DNA of 63,533 bases, counting the filler, from Collodictyon triciliatum (taxonomy: Eukaryota), in the NCBI GenBank assembly GCA_043381765.1. It is 10 parts of 10 records of this genome, joined end to end, with 100 filler letters (N's around TTAATTAATTAA, not from the genome) between each part and the next. Parts side by side here need not be neighbours in the genome. Positions count along the whole stretch, not along the records: positions 1 to 6,572 come from JBHJMP010004378.1; positions 6,673 to 12,551 come from JBHJMP010004379.1; positions 12,652 to 19,188 come from JBHJMP010004381.1; 7 more parts are not named here. One strand, given 5' to 3'. Made by a program: the position numbers and the translations under genes. Each line of letters opens with the position of its first letter. Position 1 is the stretch's first letter. Shown here one piece after another: positions 1 to 12,868 of the stretch. The notes beneath the pieces are model-generated. The model was not told the origin of the DNA, did not search any database, and was given only the letters and a program-made list of their open reading frames with translations.

Positions 1-339
1 AAAAAACGAAAAAAAAAAACGAAAAAAAAACGAAAAAAGAAAAAGAAAAAAGAAAAAGAAAAAGAAAAAAGAAAAGAAAAAAGAAAAGAAAAAGAAAAAG
101 AAAAAGAAAAAGAAAAAGAAAAACGAAAAAGAAAAAGAAAAAGAAAAAGAAAAATGAAAAGCTCATATCACAGCTTCTTTATTCTAATTCCCGCACACTT
201 CATTTTTCCCCATTCTTTTTCCTTGTCTTATCATTCGGACCTTGGCGATTATATGACTGCAATCTGTCTTATACTTTACTCTGCCTTAATTCTAAGTCTA
301 ATTATATTCCTTTTTGTTTCTTGAATCTGTTCACTGAAG

Positions 340-2240
340 AGAGGCCCTTGAACGCACGGAGGAAAGAAACGAAAGACTCGCACATGAGTCACTACAAATC
401 ATTAAAAAATGCACAAAGCATGGCGGAAAACCCATCACAGGGTTTTGTCAGGAGTGTCCAACTACGCCGCTGCTTTGTGATGATTGTCTCCAAGTTCATC
501 TGAAGGCACATAAAGTGGGTCATTTAAAGAATTGTGGTGTAAGTGTTGCTGAGATGATGAAGGAAGTTCTTCAGCAAACGGAAAAAAGTTTTGAGATGAT
601 ACAAGGACTGTTGAATTCTACACAAGAGAAAATTGACGAAGTTCCATTCATTCAGATATTTGTTATTACTCTTCTTGTCCATGTTTTACTAATTCAAAGT
701 CTAAGTCTAATTCTAATTTTCATCTTTACATTCAAAAGGTAAACCACAGAATTAAATAGAAGTGTGATTATGGCATGTAGGTATCTGATGATGCTGATAA
801 GGTATGCGAAGGAATTCGAGAGCGTGCTGAAAAATGCATCCAAAGGATTCGTGAGTTGGAAGAAGAAATGGTGGAAAGGGTACTCTCTACAATCTACTCA
901 TATTTCATTATTGATTATTGATTATTGATTATTGATTATTGATTATTGATTATCACTATTCGATATATATTTAATCTAATGTAATGGTTTTTTTTAACTC
1001 ATCAATTTCACAGGTTCGAACCAAACAAAGCGAAGTTTGCAAAACCTACGAGCTTCAGCTTCAAGACATCGAAACTATGGAATCGCACATGCGTCTTGGA
1101 AAAACGCTGGCGGAGGATTGCCACCACACCCCAGAGACTGATCGACCCTATCTCCAAATCTACTCTGCATCACTTCTAAAATCTACAGGTCGACTCATCT
1201 CAGATTATACCGAGCAGACTTATCAAAAAATTACCTTTTCTAGCAACGCACAAGTCCGCATTTTCCTGGATGGAGCGCAGGAGGGTCCATATGCCTCCTT
1301 AGGAGAAGTCAGTGTGAGCAAGTCAAAAGGAAACTACCATAAAGCCGGGTCACGTGTGAGAGGCACCAAAACAGAGGCCGATGTCTGCAAGAAAAGCCGT
1401 GTCGTGATGCAAACTGGCACCCAAGGACTGAAGGATGGCCAGTTTCGCCGCCCGATAGGAATAGCCGTTCACCCAACGACACACCAAGTCTACGTTTCGG
1501 ACTTTGATGGACACAAAATACAGATATTTTCTGCGTCCCTGGAGTTTGTCTCAAAGTTCGGCTCCATGGGTTCCCAGAGCGGAATGCTCAATCAACCCCG
1601 AGGACTGGCGTTCAACAAACGTGGAGACTTTCTAGCCGTGGCGGATTCAATGAATCGCCGGGTTCAGCTCTTTTCCACGAATGGCCAGTTTGTCAGCGTT
1701 GTGAGCCGTCCGTCTCAGCTCCAAAGACCAACAAGCCTTGTCTTTGATGCAGCAGACCGCATCTACGTGGCCGATTCCCTTGCAAAATCCATCTACCTGT
1801 TCAGCCTTGATGGGAACATACTGCGTTCTTTCGCAAATGCTGGCGCCGAGTTGAGCATCAGTTTCACCCCAAGACACGAGTTGTGCTTTGTGTCTCTTGC
1901 AAAGGACTCGTTGGAGATAGTCCAAGTCTTGGATGACGCCGCGCAAGGAACATTCGACTTGACTGACCGGTCTGACCAGCGCAAGAGACAGAGCAGCATT
2001 CCTATCCAGCCTGTTCAAGGCTCATGCAGCATTCTTTGCACGTCACCCGATGGAGCGTATCTTGTTGCGGATGCAGAGAAAAAATGTATCCATGTTTATT
2101 CCAGCGAGGGCCGCCTGACAAACACACTGGATGGAACGGGTCAGGCGGAAGCGAGTGTTGTTACTCCCGGTGCAATGGCGTACGACTCGGGATGGCTCTT
2201 TGTGTGCGACACAAAAGCCTATCGCATTGTGGTTTTCTAA
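340..2240 (+). CDS. B-box + coiled-coil + NHL-repeat protein (TRIM-NHL-like), 5'-partial, 3 visible exons (about 340-640, 781-879, 1014-2240)
   Basis: Exon 1 reads CTKHGGKPITGFCQECPTTPLLCDDCLQVHLKAH (B-box zinc finger), followed by helical coiled-coil. The last exon has NHL repeats (GQFRRPIGIAVH..VYVSDFDGHKIQIF; GMLNQPRGLAF..AVADSMNRRVQLF). GT-AG introns keep the frame; stop TAA at 2238-2240. Confidence 0.82.
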
Positions 2241-2975
2241 ATGAAAGGGCGTCATGTTTCGTGTGGGCCCGTTGAAGGGTGTCTGCTTCGTTATCTGCCG
2301 CGGAAGAAGAGTGCTTCGATGGGATGAATCTCCTCCTTTTTTCGCCTTGTTTTCTTTTCTGCTCTTCAAGAACAATATCTCCACGACTTCGACGCGTTCA
2401 TACGACCCAGAGAAAATTAAAGAAAAGCAAAGAACAACAAAAACATTTATATATATATATTTTCCCTTCCCTTATTGATTCGGTTGTATCATCGGAGATG
2501 TTGGAATGGGGATTGAAGCCGTGGGAGGATTTCGGTGTTTGCTTGTGAGCTGAAGAAACTCGTTTCGATTCGGAATGGCCTCCAAGCAAAGTGTATGTAT
2601 ATGTGTGTATGTATGTGTATATATTCTCGTTGGGCGCACAAGCGAATCAAGCCAGGAGGTTAACACACGTCGGGAGCGCCTCAAACCTTCGTTCATCATC
2701 ATCATTGTTGCAAAGGACAAGAGTAAGAGAAAGCCAGGATTCATGTAAGCTAGGCCTTGTCATCGCTTTGCCCTTCCTCTTTATTCAACAAAAAGAGACC
2801 TTCTCCTAGCATTTATGATTATCTTTTTGCTTTTATTTCCTTTTCATTTTCAATTTTTTTTTTCTTCTTCTTAAATTGTTCAAGTTTTTCAACCCCTTCT
2901 TTTATGGACTTCATTTTCACACCATAACGCCTTAGATAAAAGAAAAAAAAGTTTCCTATACACACCGACAAACCA

Positions 2976-3280
2976 ATGACCGACCAAACTGCTGTCCAAC
3001 CCAGTCCACACGGAGAAGCCAGAGGTGCCATACCTGGGTCTGGTGTGCTCTACCCCGCAATCTTCATAGCAAAACTTTGGGATATTGTTAACGACTCAAA
3101 AAACTGGGTTTGTTCAATCGATATACTAAGATGTATTTAATTTTATTTCATTAATTTAATTCAATTATCTATGCGAATGATTTCATACTTATATATCCAT
3201 CTATAAAATTCCTATTCAATCACTATACATGCAGTAAACAGTACTCCCCGATGCATGCTAATTATTATCGTTGTTATCAC

Positions 3281-3331
<51 letters not shown>

Positions 3332-3379
3332 GATTATATTTATTATTATTGCTTTTGTTATTATTATTATTAATATCAC

Positions 3380-3476
<97 letters not shown>

Positions 3477-6420
3477 GCATCTAAAAAAAGTAACACTCCA
3501 ATCAACTAATCATTCATGTTATGACCCAGGACGCGATACGATGGACAGAGGATGGCACAACAATAAGAATAATCGACAAAAGAATTTTTGAATCAAGAGT
3601 ATTGCCAAGTTATTTCCAGCATAACAGATTAATATCCTTTGTTAGACAGTTGAATGCTTATGGATTCCACAAGGTTTTCTTTTGGTTTATATGTAAAAAT
3701 ATCTCAATTCTAAACTTTTAAAGTTGAAATATGTCTAGTGTAACGATTGATGAAAACCCCATTTCAGAACTGTCTTGACATTACCTCTCTTTGATAGATT
3801 ATTCATTAAGATTGCAAAATATGTTCCCTTGGGTTAGGTTTCCGATTCATTAGAATACCTCGAGTTTCAACACCCAATTTTCCAAAGAAACGGGCACAGC
3901 AATATTAAAGTAAGATCATTCCCTTTCTTTCTTTTTTTAAATAAATTGTTTGAAAATATATATCCCAACATTTTCTTCACATTCTGCTCGATCTAATCAT
4001 CAGATATGATTTTTTTTAATAATGATATATTTAAATTATTGATTTATTATGTAACCTACATACAGGCTATCCAAAGAAAGAAGGGAGATAGAAGAAGAGG
4101 AAAGAGTGGCCCTGGTAACCTAGGCGATAATGACGATGACTGGGAACATGTGATTAAAGCTATATACTATTCTTTAAAAGAATACGCATCTCAACGGTTT
4201 CTCCTATGACTAACATACCCTTTAAACTGAAAATAGGAACAAAATCCATATGATGAACCTGGAGTCGGTTCTGAATCACACATTCACGAGCCATATTCAG
4301 AATATGATTCGGTACTGACAGTGCATCCAACTTCTGCATCTTCGAATCTCGGTCGCCCAACTATAATACCACGGATGACAGAAAATATTTTACAATCAAA
4401 AGTATACCAACCGATAGATTATGGGTCACATTATTATTCAACGAAAGAGTCGCAATACAAACCACAAAATCAAACCAAAGCTTATAACCACGGTCAGTTA
4501 AATACCGAACATGCCCAATTGCAAGCTAGACAACAAATTCAATCGGCCGTGTCTGTTGCCTCTTCACCAATAGACCGTGGCAATTTTCACCGGGCAAATA
4601 CACAGGGTCGGTCTGTAGTATCATCCAAGTTGCCAACCATAAACGAGGCAAAATCAAACCAACCAGCGTCAAGATCAATAGTAAAAGTGCCGATACAGCT
4701 CTTGAAAGATATTTTGAGTGAGGTCAATATCGTCAACTCTTGATTTAGTGTTACAGTTTGTAAATTTCTACTTTATATTTCAGAAGCAAACATTTAAAAC
4801 GATTTATTTGTTCAATCTAAGTTACTGTTGTTTTTTTTTTTAAAAAAAAAAATAATCTCGTCAATCAGGTCCAAGACCTAAAGATTGGAATGCAAAACAT
4901 TATAGCAGATGTTAAGAAACTTCAAGAGCAAAATCATGAGACGCAGCAATACATGTTTTCCGTATTACAGGAAATATTCTCGCCAGTAACAAATGCCGAT
5001 ACTCAAAACTATCTTAATCTAGACGGGCGGGAATTCTATCAGGCAGGAAGTGGGAATGGTATACATTTGAATATTTCGTCATTTTAATCTCACATTGAGC
5101 TTTGGAAAAACAAATTGATATACCATTAATTTACAAGTCCACGTTCTTGATTTTCGCCTGCCTATCCACATGCTTCGAAACTGTCTGTAGCACCTTCCTC
5201 TGGAAGCTTTCGGTCGTCAGGAACCAGGGCCCCTGGGCCGACGCTTTCTCTAGAGGCGTCGATGGGTGTTTTTAGGCAAACCGCGCATGTTAGATACTTG
5301 CATACTCCTTTCTTTTCTTTTCTTTTCTTTTCTTTTCTTTTCTTTTCTTTTCTTTTCTTTTCTTTTCTTTTCTTTTCTTTTCTTTTCTCTTCTCTTTTTC
5401 TTTTCTTTTCTTCTTTCTTTCTTCTTCATATCTATGCTTTTAAATCTCTCGAACACTAAAAGTTCACCCAAATTTAATCATAACATGACTTTTTCTGTCT
5501 AGGATTCCCAGCTAATGTCATCACCTCTGGGGACCGCAAACACTCCATTCCAACAACCTTTCATAAGCCCATATTTTACCCAACATCAGTACATCCGCCA
5601 TGCTTTGAATGCACAACCTCCGAGCTCAATAAGCGACAATATGATGACATCCCCTCCAAGTAGCGATTTGCTGTTAACCAGAACCCAACCATCNNNNNNN
5701 NNNNNNNNNNNNNNNNNNNNNNNNNNNNNNNNNNNNNNNNNNNNNNNNNNNNNNNNNNNNNNNNNNNNNNNNNNNNNNNNNNNNNNNNNNNNNNNNNNNN
5801 NNNNNNNNNNNNNNNNNNNNNNNNNNNNNNNNNNNNNNNNNNNNNNNNNNNNNNNNNNNNNNNNNNNNNNNNNNNNNNNNNNNNNNNNNNNNNNNNNNNN
5901 NNNNNNNNNNNNNNNNNNNNNNNNNNNNNNNNNNNNNNNNNNNNNNNNNNNNNNNNNNNNNNNNNNNNNNNNNNNNNNNNNNNNNNNNNNNNNNNNNNNN
6001 NNNNNNNNNNNNNNNNNNNNNNNNNNNNNNNNNNNNNNNNNNNNNNNNNNNNNNNNNNNNNNNNNNNNNNNNNNNNNNNNNNNNNNNNNNNNNNNNNNNN
6101 NNNNNNNNNNNNNNNNNNNNNNNNNNNNNNNNNNNNNNNNNNNNNNNNNNNNNNNNNNNNNNNNNNNNNNNNNNNNNNNNNNNNNNNNNNNNNNNNNNCG
6201 ATTTGGCTGGCTCTAACTCGAATAAAAAGAGAAAGGAAGAAAGAGAGAAGGTATGATTTGAATAGCTATGTCCCTCCCGCCAGGTCTGTGCTTGCGAGAG
6301 CGCATGTTGCCGACCCATATGAATCGACGTTCTCTCGTGTGCGTTGTTCGGCGGAGGAACATTCTGGCTCTTTGTTGGATCTGAGAATTCCGAGGCTGTT
6401 CTTAGGAAAATACCCAACGA
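2976..6420 (+). CDS. Heat-shock-factor (HSF) family transcription factor, multi-exon, spans an N gap, 3'-partial
   Basis: Spliced exons 2976-3107, 3530-3673 and 3838-3909 give an HSF DNA-binding domain (IFIAKLWDIVND..DAIRWTEDGTTIRI..VLPSYFQHNRLISFVRQLNAYGFHKV..LEFQHPIFQRNG..IQRKK). A later exon at about 4870-5060 has a heptad coiled coil; the remainder is S/P/Q-rich. Assignment of the exon beyond the gap is tentative. Confidence 0.85.
3281..3475. repeat. (TAT)n intronic microsatellite; similar (TAA/TAT/CAA)n tracts at 23505-23560, 43892-44025 and 59068-59160
   Basis: Direct inspection. Confidence 0.95.
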
Positions 6421-6572
6421 GTAAGGATTTATGTATTATCTAAACGAAACGAAAAAAACAGAAACAAAAACAAAAAAGACAAACAGAAAACATAAACAAA
6501 CAAAACAAAGGCAAAGACAAAAACAAAAAACAAAAAACAAAAAACAAAAAAACAAAAAACAAAAAAAAAAAA

Positions 6573-6672
6573 NNNNNNNNNNNNNNNNNNNNNNNNNNNN
6601 NNNNNNNNNNNNNNNNTTAATTAATTAANNNNNNNNNNNNNNNNNNNNNNNNNNNNNNNNNNNNNNNNNNNN
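6573..6672. other. Artificial scaffold spacer N44-TTAATTAATTAA-N44 (also at 12552, 19189, 25857, 32527, 39188, 45847, 52507, 59161)
   Basis: An identical 100-nt unit with stops in all six frames occurs nine times; genes are cut at each one. Confidence 0.97.
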
Positions 6673-6979
6673 TGGAAAAGTGGGGGTGATAGGGGTCAGC
6701 GCTCTCTGACCAATCCTTTCAAGAACCAAGTCGATTAGAAAAAACCTACTTCAACCGAAGCAAACTTGAAGCCTCTTTCATTCAATCTATTATTAATGCT
6801 TACAAATATAAATGAAAAGTGCCCACCTATCCAGACAGCATAGGCCGATAGCTCGTGTCACTTTTTTTCTTGTTGCCTGCGCGCTTATTGCGCACACCCA
6901 AACCGAAAAGGGAAAAGTGTTATTCATGCCATTCCCGGCCGACTAGAGATTGAAGCGAACAAATCAGCCCTCAAACAAC

Positions 6980-7570
6980 CAAAGAAAAAAAATGGAAAAA
7001 TGAAAAAAAAAATGATAAAATGAAAAAAAAAATGAAAAAATGAAAAAAATGAAAAAAAAATAAAAGAAATAGAAAAAAAGAAAAATAAAAAATCAAAAAA
7101 AAATAAAAATGAAAAATGAAAAATGAAAATAATGAAAATAATGAAAATAATGAAAATAATGAAAATAATGAAAATAATGAAAAGATGAAAAAATGAAAAA
7201 ATGAAAAAATGAAAAAATGAAAAAATGAAAAAAATGAAAAAATGAAAAAAATGAAAAAATGAAAAAATGAAAAAATGAAAAAATGAAAAAATGGAAAAAT
7301 GAAAAAATGAAAAAATGAAAAAAACGAAAAAATGAAAAATGAAAAAAAATGAAAAATAATGAAATGAAGAAATTGAAAAATGAAAAGAAGCTAAGAAAAG
7401 AAAAAGAAAAAGAAAAATGAAAAAATGAAAAAAATGAAAAAAATGAAAAATAATGAAAGGAAGAAATTGAAAGAAAAGAAAAAATGAAAAGAAAAGATTA
7501 AAAAAAAATGAAAATAATGAAAAGAAACCAAGAATAGAGAATAGTAAAGGAGAAAAAAAGAGAAAAGGGA
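6980..7570. repeat. (A)nTG-type low-complexity microsatellite (ATGAAAAA / ATGAAAATA)
   Basis: Direct inspection. Confidence 0.9.
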
Positions 7571-7608
7571 AATGTAGCAGGGACTGAACAAAAGACTTTG
7601 CAGCTACA

Positions 7609-9662
7609 ATGTGCGAGAGAGCACCACCACCGAAAGACCTGGATTCAGGGTGAGAGAGTACCATGACTTTGCCAGCTGTGCCTTCTTAATGCTGCCTTTG
7701 TGATCGCCTATTCAGAACCAAAGCCCGCAAACCTTGCTGAGACCCTTATCCCCGCAACACAGCCCGCCTTCACTTTCTGAGGCTCGCGCACTGCTTGACC
7801 GCCGAATCGAAGCCTTCCTTCTGAGCCGAACACGGAGTTCTGAACGCGTATGCGAACAAGTGACCACACTCCACAGGAGGCATTCCTCTCGGCTCGCCTC
7901 ACAGCCACACTCTGTCCAAGGTAGAGGCTCCATCAAGAAATCTCTTTCCTTGACATCTTTCTCGCCCAAAGGATCTTTTTTCTCTTTTGATAGCAATAAA
8001 AGCCCCAATGTGTACGTTTTGACGGCATTCCTTCAAATGCCCCCTTCTAGAAGAAAAAGCTTATTGCCATTTATCACTTTCTATATGTTGTGGCCCTCTA
8101 GACACAGGCATTTCCCATCTGCCTCTGAACCCGCTCTTCATCCAGACATCCGCATCTGCACAGCACCCATACGTCCCGTACGACCGGCAAAGGATTAAAG
8201 ATCAAATTCATGTCCGCAGTCTTAAACACTTACTGATGAATAAATATATTTCAAACTGTACGCAGCAGTTTTACAGCAAACAACTATGTTTCTAATATGC
8301 AGATTTATAAAGGAAATGCTACGGCCAGGTATAGTGGTAGTTGGAGTCGTGAAAAGTGTTGAAACCTTCGGTCTTCTTACACAGTTAGAGGCGTAAGTTG
8401 AATTGTACAAACAACTTGGTTAAGATATGTAAGACGCGACAGTTTTCAATACAATTTTCAAATTTTGTAATGTTGGAGTCCTTTTTTCTTCTTCTAGGTG
8501 ATATATTAATTTATGAATTTCCTTAAATTAGTGTGTCATATATCCCTCAAGCAGCCACCGTTGACGATCGCTTACATCTTTTGCTTGACATGACCAATGC
8601 CAATATATCAGCCCTATGCTCCCTTCATGAATTGCATACAGACGTTAATCAAGGTCAAAAAATCCTTCGATCTTTGACTGCAAACCAAAGAATTCAAGGT
8701 AACAGTATTTTATTAATGCTCTTTGATACGGCTCGAGCGTATGGCCTGAATTTTCACCGCCTAGATTTATCCCATTTTCTCGATTTATCATCTTCATAAT
8801 GCAAAAAATTGTGTTGATATTGAGTCCAAGATGTTGATAATTGAAATGTGTTACTTTTTTTTAAAAAAAAAATATTATTTTTTTGTGCATAGCTGTCATT
8901 ATTTCTGAATTTAAAAGCACGGATGGATTACAATTATCTATATTGCCTTCAAGAAAACCACACGGATTTAGCCTTCATGAATTGGTATCGTTCTGAATTA
9001 ACCTCCTCTTCTCAAAAAGATATAAAAAAAAGAGCAATCTGGATTACTTGCCAACTTCTATTTATCTTACCGCAGTTCAGTATCAGAGACTAACCCAATA
9101 TTATATTGATTTTTTCAACACCCAAAAATCTGACTTTTGTTGGAAAGGGCCTAATGGAAACAAAAACAAATATAGTAGGGAATTCAAGGTATCTTATACA
9201 TTAGAATAGTACATGAATAAAGAAGTTTATTTGTTCTTTTGATCTAGTTCTGACTGTTACATTCATTTATATTTCAACACCAAGTATGCATGGTTTATGA
9301 ATTACTATAATTTTACAGCCACGGAGACCAACAGGACTATGAAACAGATAGCATCGAGCCATTTAATAGATTATTAGAGAAAGAAATCGCATTCTCCAAC
9401 CCAAGAGCCCTGGAATTAGCCACCGCGCGATACAATATTCCACAATATCAATCACTTCTTTGTTGGGCAGAGTATGTGATGTTATTGTATGAGGAGCGTG
9501 CATATATGTTCTCCTTTCATCTCATGATTTTATTTGTCATTTCCTTCTTTATATAATTTCTTTCATTTAAACAGTATTCTTACTTAATTCGAGGATTCAT
9601 TATGAAAAACGAAAAAGCCGAGAATATGCAACATATTTTATACCAGATAACAACCAAATTTA

Positions 9663-9703
<41 letters not shown>

Positions 9704-11182
9704 GTCTAGGGTGCCGTCATGTGATTATCTTGAGTCCCTCAGAGACCAGCAAAACTCCAACTGGGCATCTGATAAGTACATTCTAACCTTACTGGGTTCA
9801 ATATTTCTTGTAACTTGCCAATTTTTTCTATTTTATGCAAAAAATAAAATGAAATGAAAACATCATTTACTCTCAATATAAAGAGTCTTGAAGGGAACGC
9901 AGTTAGCGAAGGCTGGGTCACACGAGGAAGCTATATCTTGCTACGATGCAGCGATCGAATTTGACCCAAAAAACGCTGACGCTTATGTAGCCAGAGGCGC
10001 TTCGTTAGTTTTCTTTTTCTTTTTCTTTTTCTTTTTCTTTTTCTTTTCTTTTTCTTTTTCTTTTTCTTTTTCTTTTTCTTTTTCTTTTTCTTTTTCCTAA
10101 TACTTAAGCTCATCGCTTATCGTACACAAATATTGCATAATTATTGTAAACTATCTTAATATTATCCTAACAATTGCAACATTATTTTATGACAAATTAA
10201 GTATGGCTAACATTGGAAAGTACGATAAGGCTCTTAGAAATTTTGAAAAAGCCTTGGCTATCAACCCATCGATAGCCAATGCTAAAAAATACATTTCCAT
10301 AACCAAAGAAAAAGTAATTTTACAAATTATACTTTCGTTTTTTTTTTCTTTTATCTCCTGTTCATCGTATTTATATTTATTCTGATTTAACTGTTATCTG
10401 GTGGAGTTTTTTTTTTTTTTAAAAAAAAAAGTAAATTATTTTAGAGAAAAAGGCTATGTTTGTAACAATTTTGTGATATGTTCATGTAAATTTGTTCAAT
10501 ATCAGATGCAGAGCTTGCCGGCAAGAGATCCAAAAAGTTTAGACAGTAAACACGCCGCTCATCCACCAGGTTCTCGACCACAGTCTCAAATACAACCAAC
10601 GCAACCGCCTGAAACAATTTTGCGCAAAGGTTTGAAATGGACATTATTGAGTGTTTATTACAAAATAACGTGAGCCTCTCGACATGCGAGAGTTTTATCA
10701 ATTATCATTTGTTGGTTTGTCATTAAATAACTGTTGTACTTTTTTATCCTATTTCGGACATTCTTTTCATTATAGAAAAATCAGAACGTGGGATATCAGA
10801 GGATAAGCTATTAGAGTTACTCGAGAAAGAAAAGAAAGCAAAGGAAAAGGGCACACATCGCCATTCCAAAAAAGAAAAATCCGACCGCAAACGCAAGAAA
10901 GAGAAAGAAAAGAAATCAAAAAAGAAAGACCGAAAATCCAGAAAGAGGCGTTCTCGGTCGTCAGATAGCAGCGATGACGACGAGAGCAGTGCCTCAGGCA
11001 GCGACACGAGTAGCAAGGGCTCTCGAAGTGACGGGAGTGTTGAATATGTCTCCCGCAACAAAGTTATAGCCAAAAGTAGGGATAGAGACCGAAGCAGAAG
11101 CATAAGCAAGAGTAGAAGTAGAAGTAGAAGTAGGAGTAGAAGCAGAAGCAGAAGCAGAAGTGGGCATCCCCAACACTATTAG
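7609..11182 (+). CDS. TTC14: TTC14-like protein (S1-like domain, TPRs, Lys/Arg/Ser-rich C-terminus); start uncertain
   Basis: Exons encode LRPGIVVVGVVKSVETFG (S1-like), DYLESLRDQQNSNWA-KVLKGTQLAKAGSHEEAISCYDAAIEFDPKNADAYVARGA-MANIGKYDKALRNFEKAL..NAKKY (TPRs in the TTC14 arrangement), and an RS-repeat last exon ending in TAG at 11180-11182. Confidence 0.72.
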
Positions 11183-11535
11183 TTGTATGAGTTTGAATAG
11201 GAAATCCTAATATGACAAAGACGATATCATTTTTGGCAGCGACTCAACGCATCTTCATATCACAATAAAATATCAGAATTTTTGGCACCCAGACTAATCC
11301 CTATCTTGCCCTACTTTGTTGCACACTCACCACATCGCACCATGAGATGCTCAAGTAAGAATGCAGTAAGGAAAAATATCGAATTTGCAACCACTTTTGG
11401 TGGCTATGTCTTGCACTTCTTTTTGTGCCCATGTTTGAATGTGTATTGCATTTCTATCTATTGATTTTGCTCAATGGTTCTTTTGTTTTGTCTCGTTTTA
11501 TTAAATGTTCCTGGTGAAGAGGCTGCTGCACCAAC

Positions 11536-12403
11536 CTACCGCCGGTTGGCCTGGTGAGTGCTTTTTTTGCTAACGCGAACTTGGAAGTGCAACGTGCCCC
11601 TGTCTTCTTTTCCTTTGGGTGTCTGTGCCTGTGTCTGCGCTTTGTTCTGTGTCTCATCCACATTTCTTGGCGTCTCTGGAGGCTTTCGTGCCGGGTCGGA
11701 GGCAGCAGCGGGATGTCTTGTGGGTGGCAGATGGGTCGGCCATTCGCCTGTCTTTTTCTGTGCGCGAGACTCGTGTTGCCTTCCGGTATTTGCGGGCTCT
11801 GTCGGCTGCGCATTAGCTGCTTTCTGAGGAACTGGTGCAGCTTCAACGGAGCCAGTTTTTGAGGCGGTCGGCTTGGGCTGCTGCACTACCACTTGCGACC
11901 ACTTCATCACAGGCTTTGATGTCTCTGCAGCGACAGAAGGCGTGGCTGCATGTGGTGGGAGTGTGCTAGGCTCTGTTGTATTGACCTTACTTTCAGGAAT
12001 GTTTGCTGCTTCTAGTGCCGATTCATTTTCTTTGAAGCGACTGTCATTAGACTCTGTCGTCGTTTGTGTTTCGCTTGGTCCATTATCAGAACTCTCTACT
12101 GGCACCTGCGGCTCAGAGCATTCACCGGGCTCAATATGTTCTTTCTTGGGCTTTTTAGACAGAGGGGAGAAAAATTAATTAAGAAAATATTCACACATAG
12201 AGAGAGAAAAAAGTATGCCCAATTCAGTCTTCAAAACATATATATATATATATATATAATAAATCTACCTTTGTCGGCAAAGCTGGGAAACCTTCCAACG
12301 AAAGACTTGATTCTATTAAACTGAATTCAATCCCTCGAGCAAGCTCCTCGTCAATCTCCTCGAGTTCAACTGCACCTTTTTCATGCATTCTGGGGATAAA
12401 TTC
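11536..12403 (-). CDS. 3' part of a hypothetical low-complexity protein (possible RNA/PABP-associated protein)
   Basis: Exon 12403-12268 (EFIPRMHEKG..LEGFPALPTK) splices in frame to a long P/T/A/Q-rich exon (about 12152-11536). EFIP and FPAL resemble PAM2-type and FPxL short motifs. Upstream exons are lost at the scaffold end. Confidence 0.45.
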
Positions 12404-12689
12404 CTATTGAACATTAGAGAAGAATATGCGTTAGAACCAGTAGCAAGAAATATTCTCTCATGCAATAAAAAAAAAAAAAAAAAGGAAAGAAGGGGCATTT
12501 TAAATTTAATGGAGGGAAAAATGAAAAAGTTTTTGCCTTTTCCCCCCCTTTNNNNNNNNNNNNNNNNNNNNNNNNNNNNNNNNNNNNNNNNNNNNTTAAT
12601 TAATTAANNNNNNNNNNNNNNNNNNNNNNNNNNNNNNNNNNNNNNNNNNNNCCCCCCCCCCCCCCTTTTCTTTTTTTCTGCTTTTTTTT

Positions 12690-12783
<94 letters not shown>

Positions 12784-12792
12784 ATGGAGAAA

Positions 12793-12844
<52 letters not shown>

Positions 12845-12868
12845 AAAAGTCAGTTAATCAAGCAATAC

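Noticed and set aside
3212-3509. Poly-Ile, poly-Phe, poly-Lys and poly-X ORFs here and elsewhere (e.g. 6924-7664, 25165-25912, 43739-44100)
   Set aside because: They are translations of microsatellites or N gaps.
6617-6628. Periodic TTAATTAATTAA motif as a biological signal
   Set aside because: It is always flanked by 44 Ns on each side; it is an assembly linker.
11536-12403. Continuation of LTV1 across the spacer
   Set aside because: It is on a different scaffold and does not resemble the LTV1 C-terminus.
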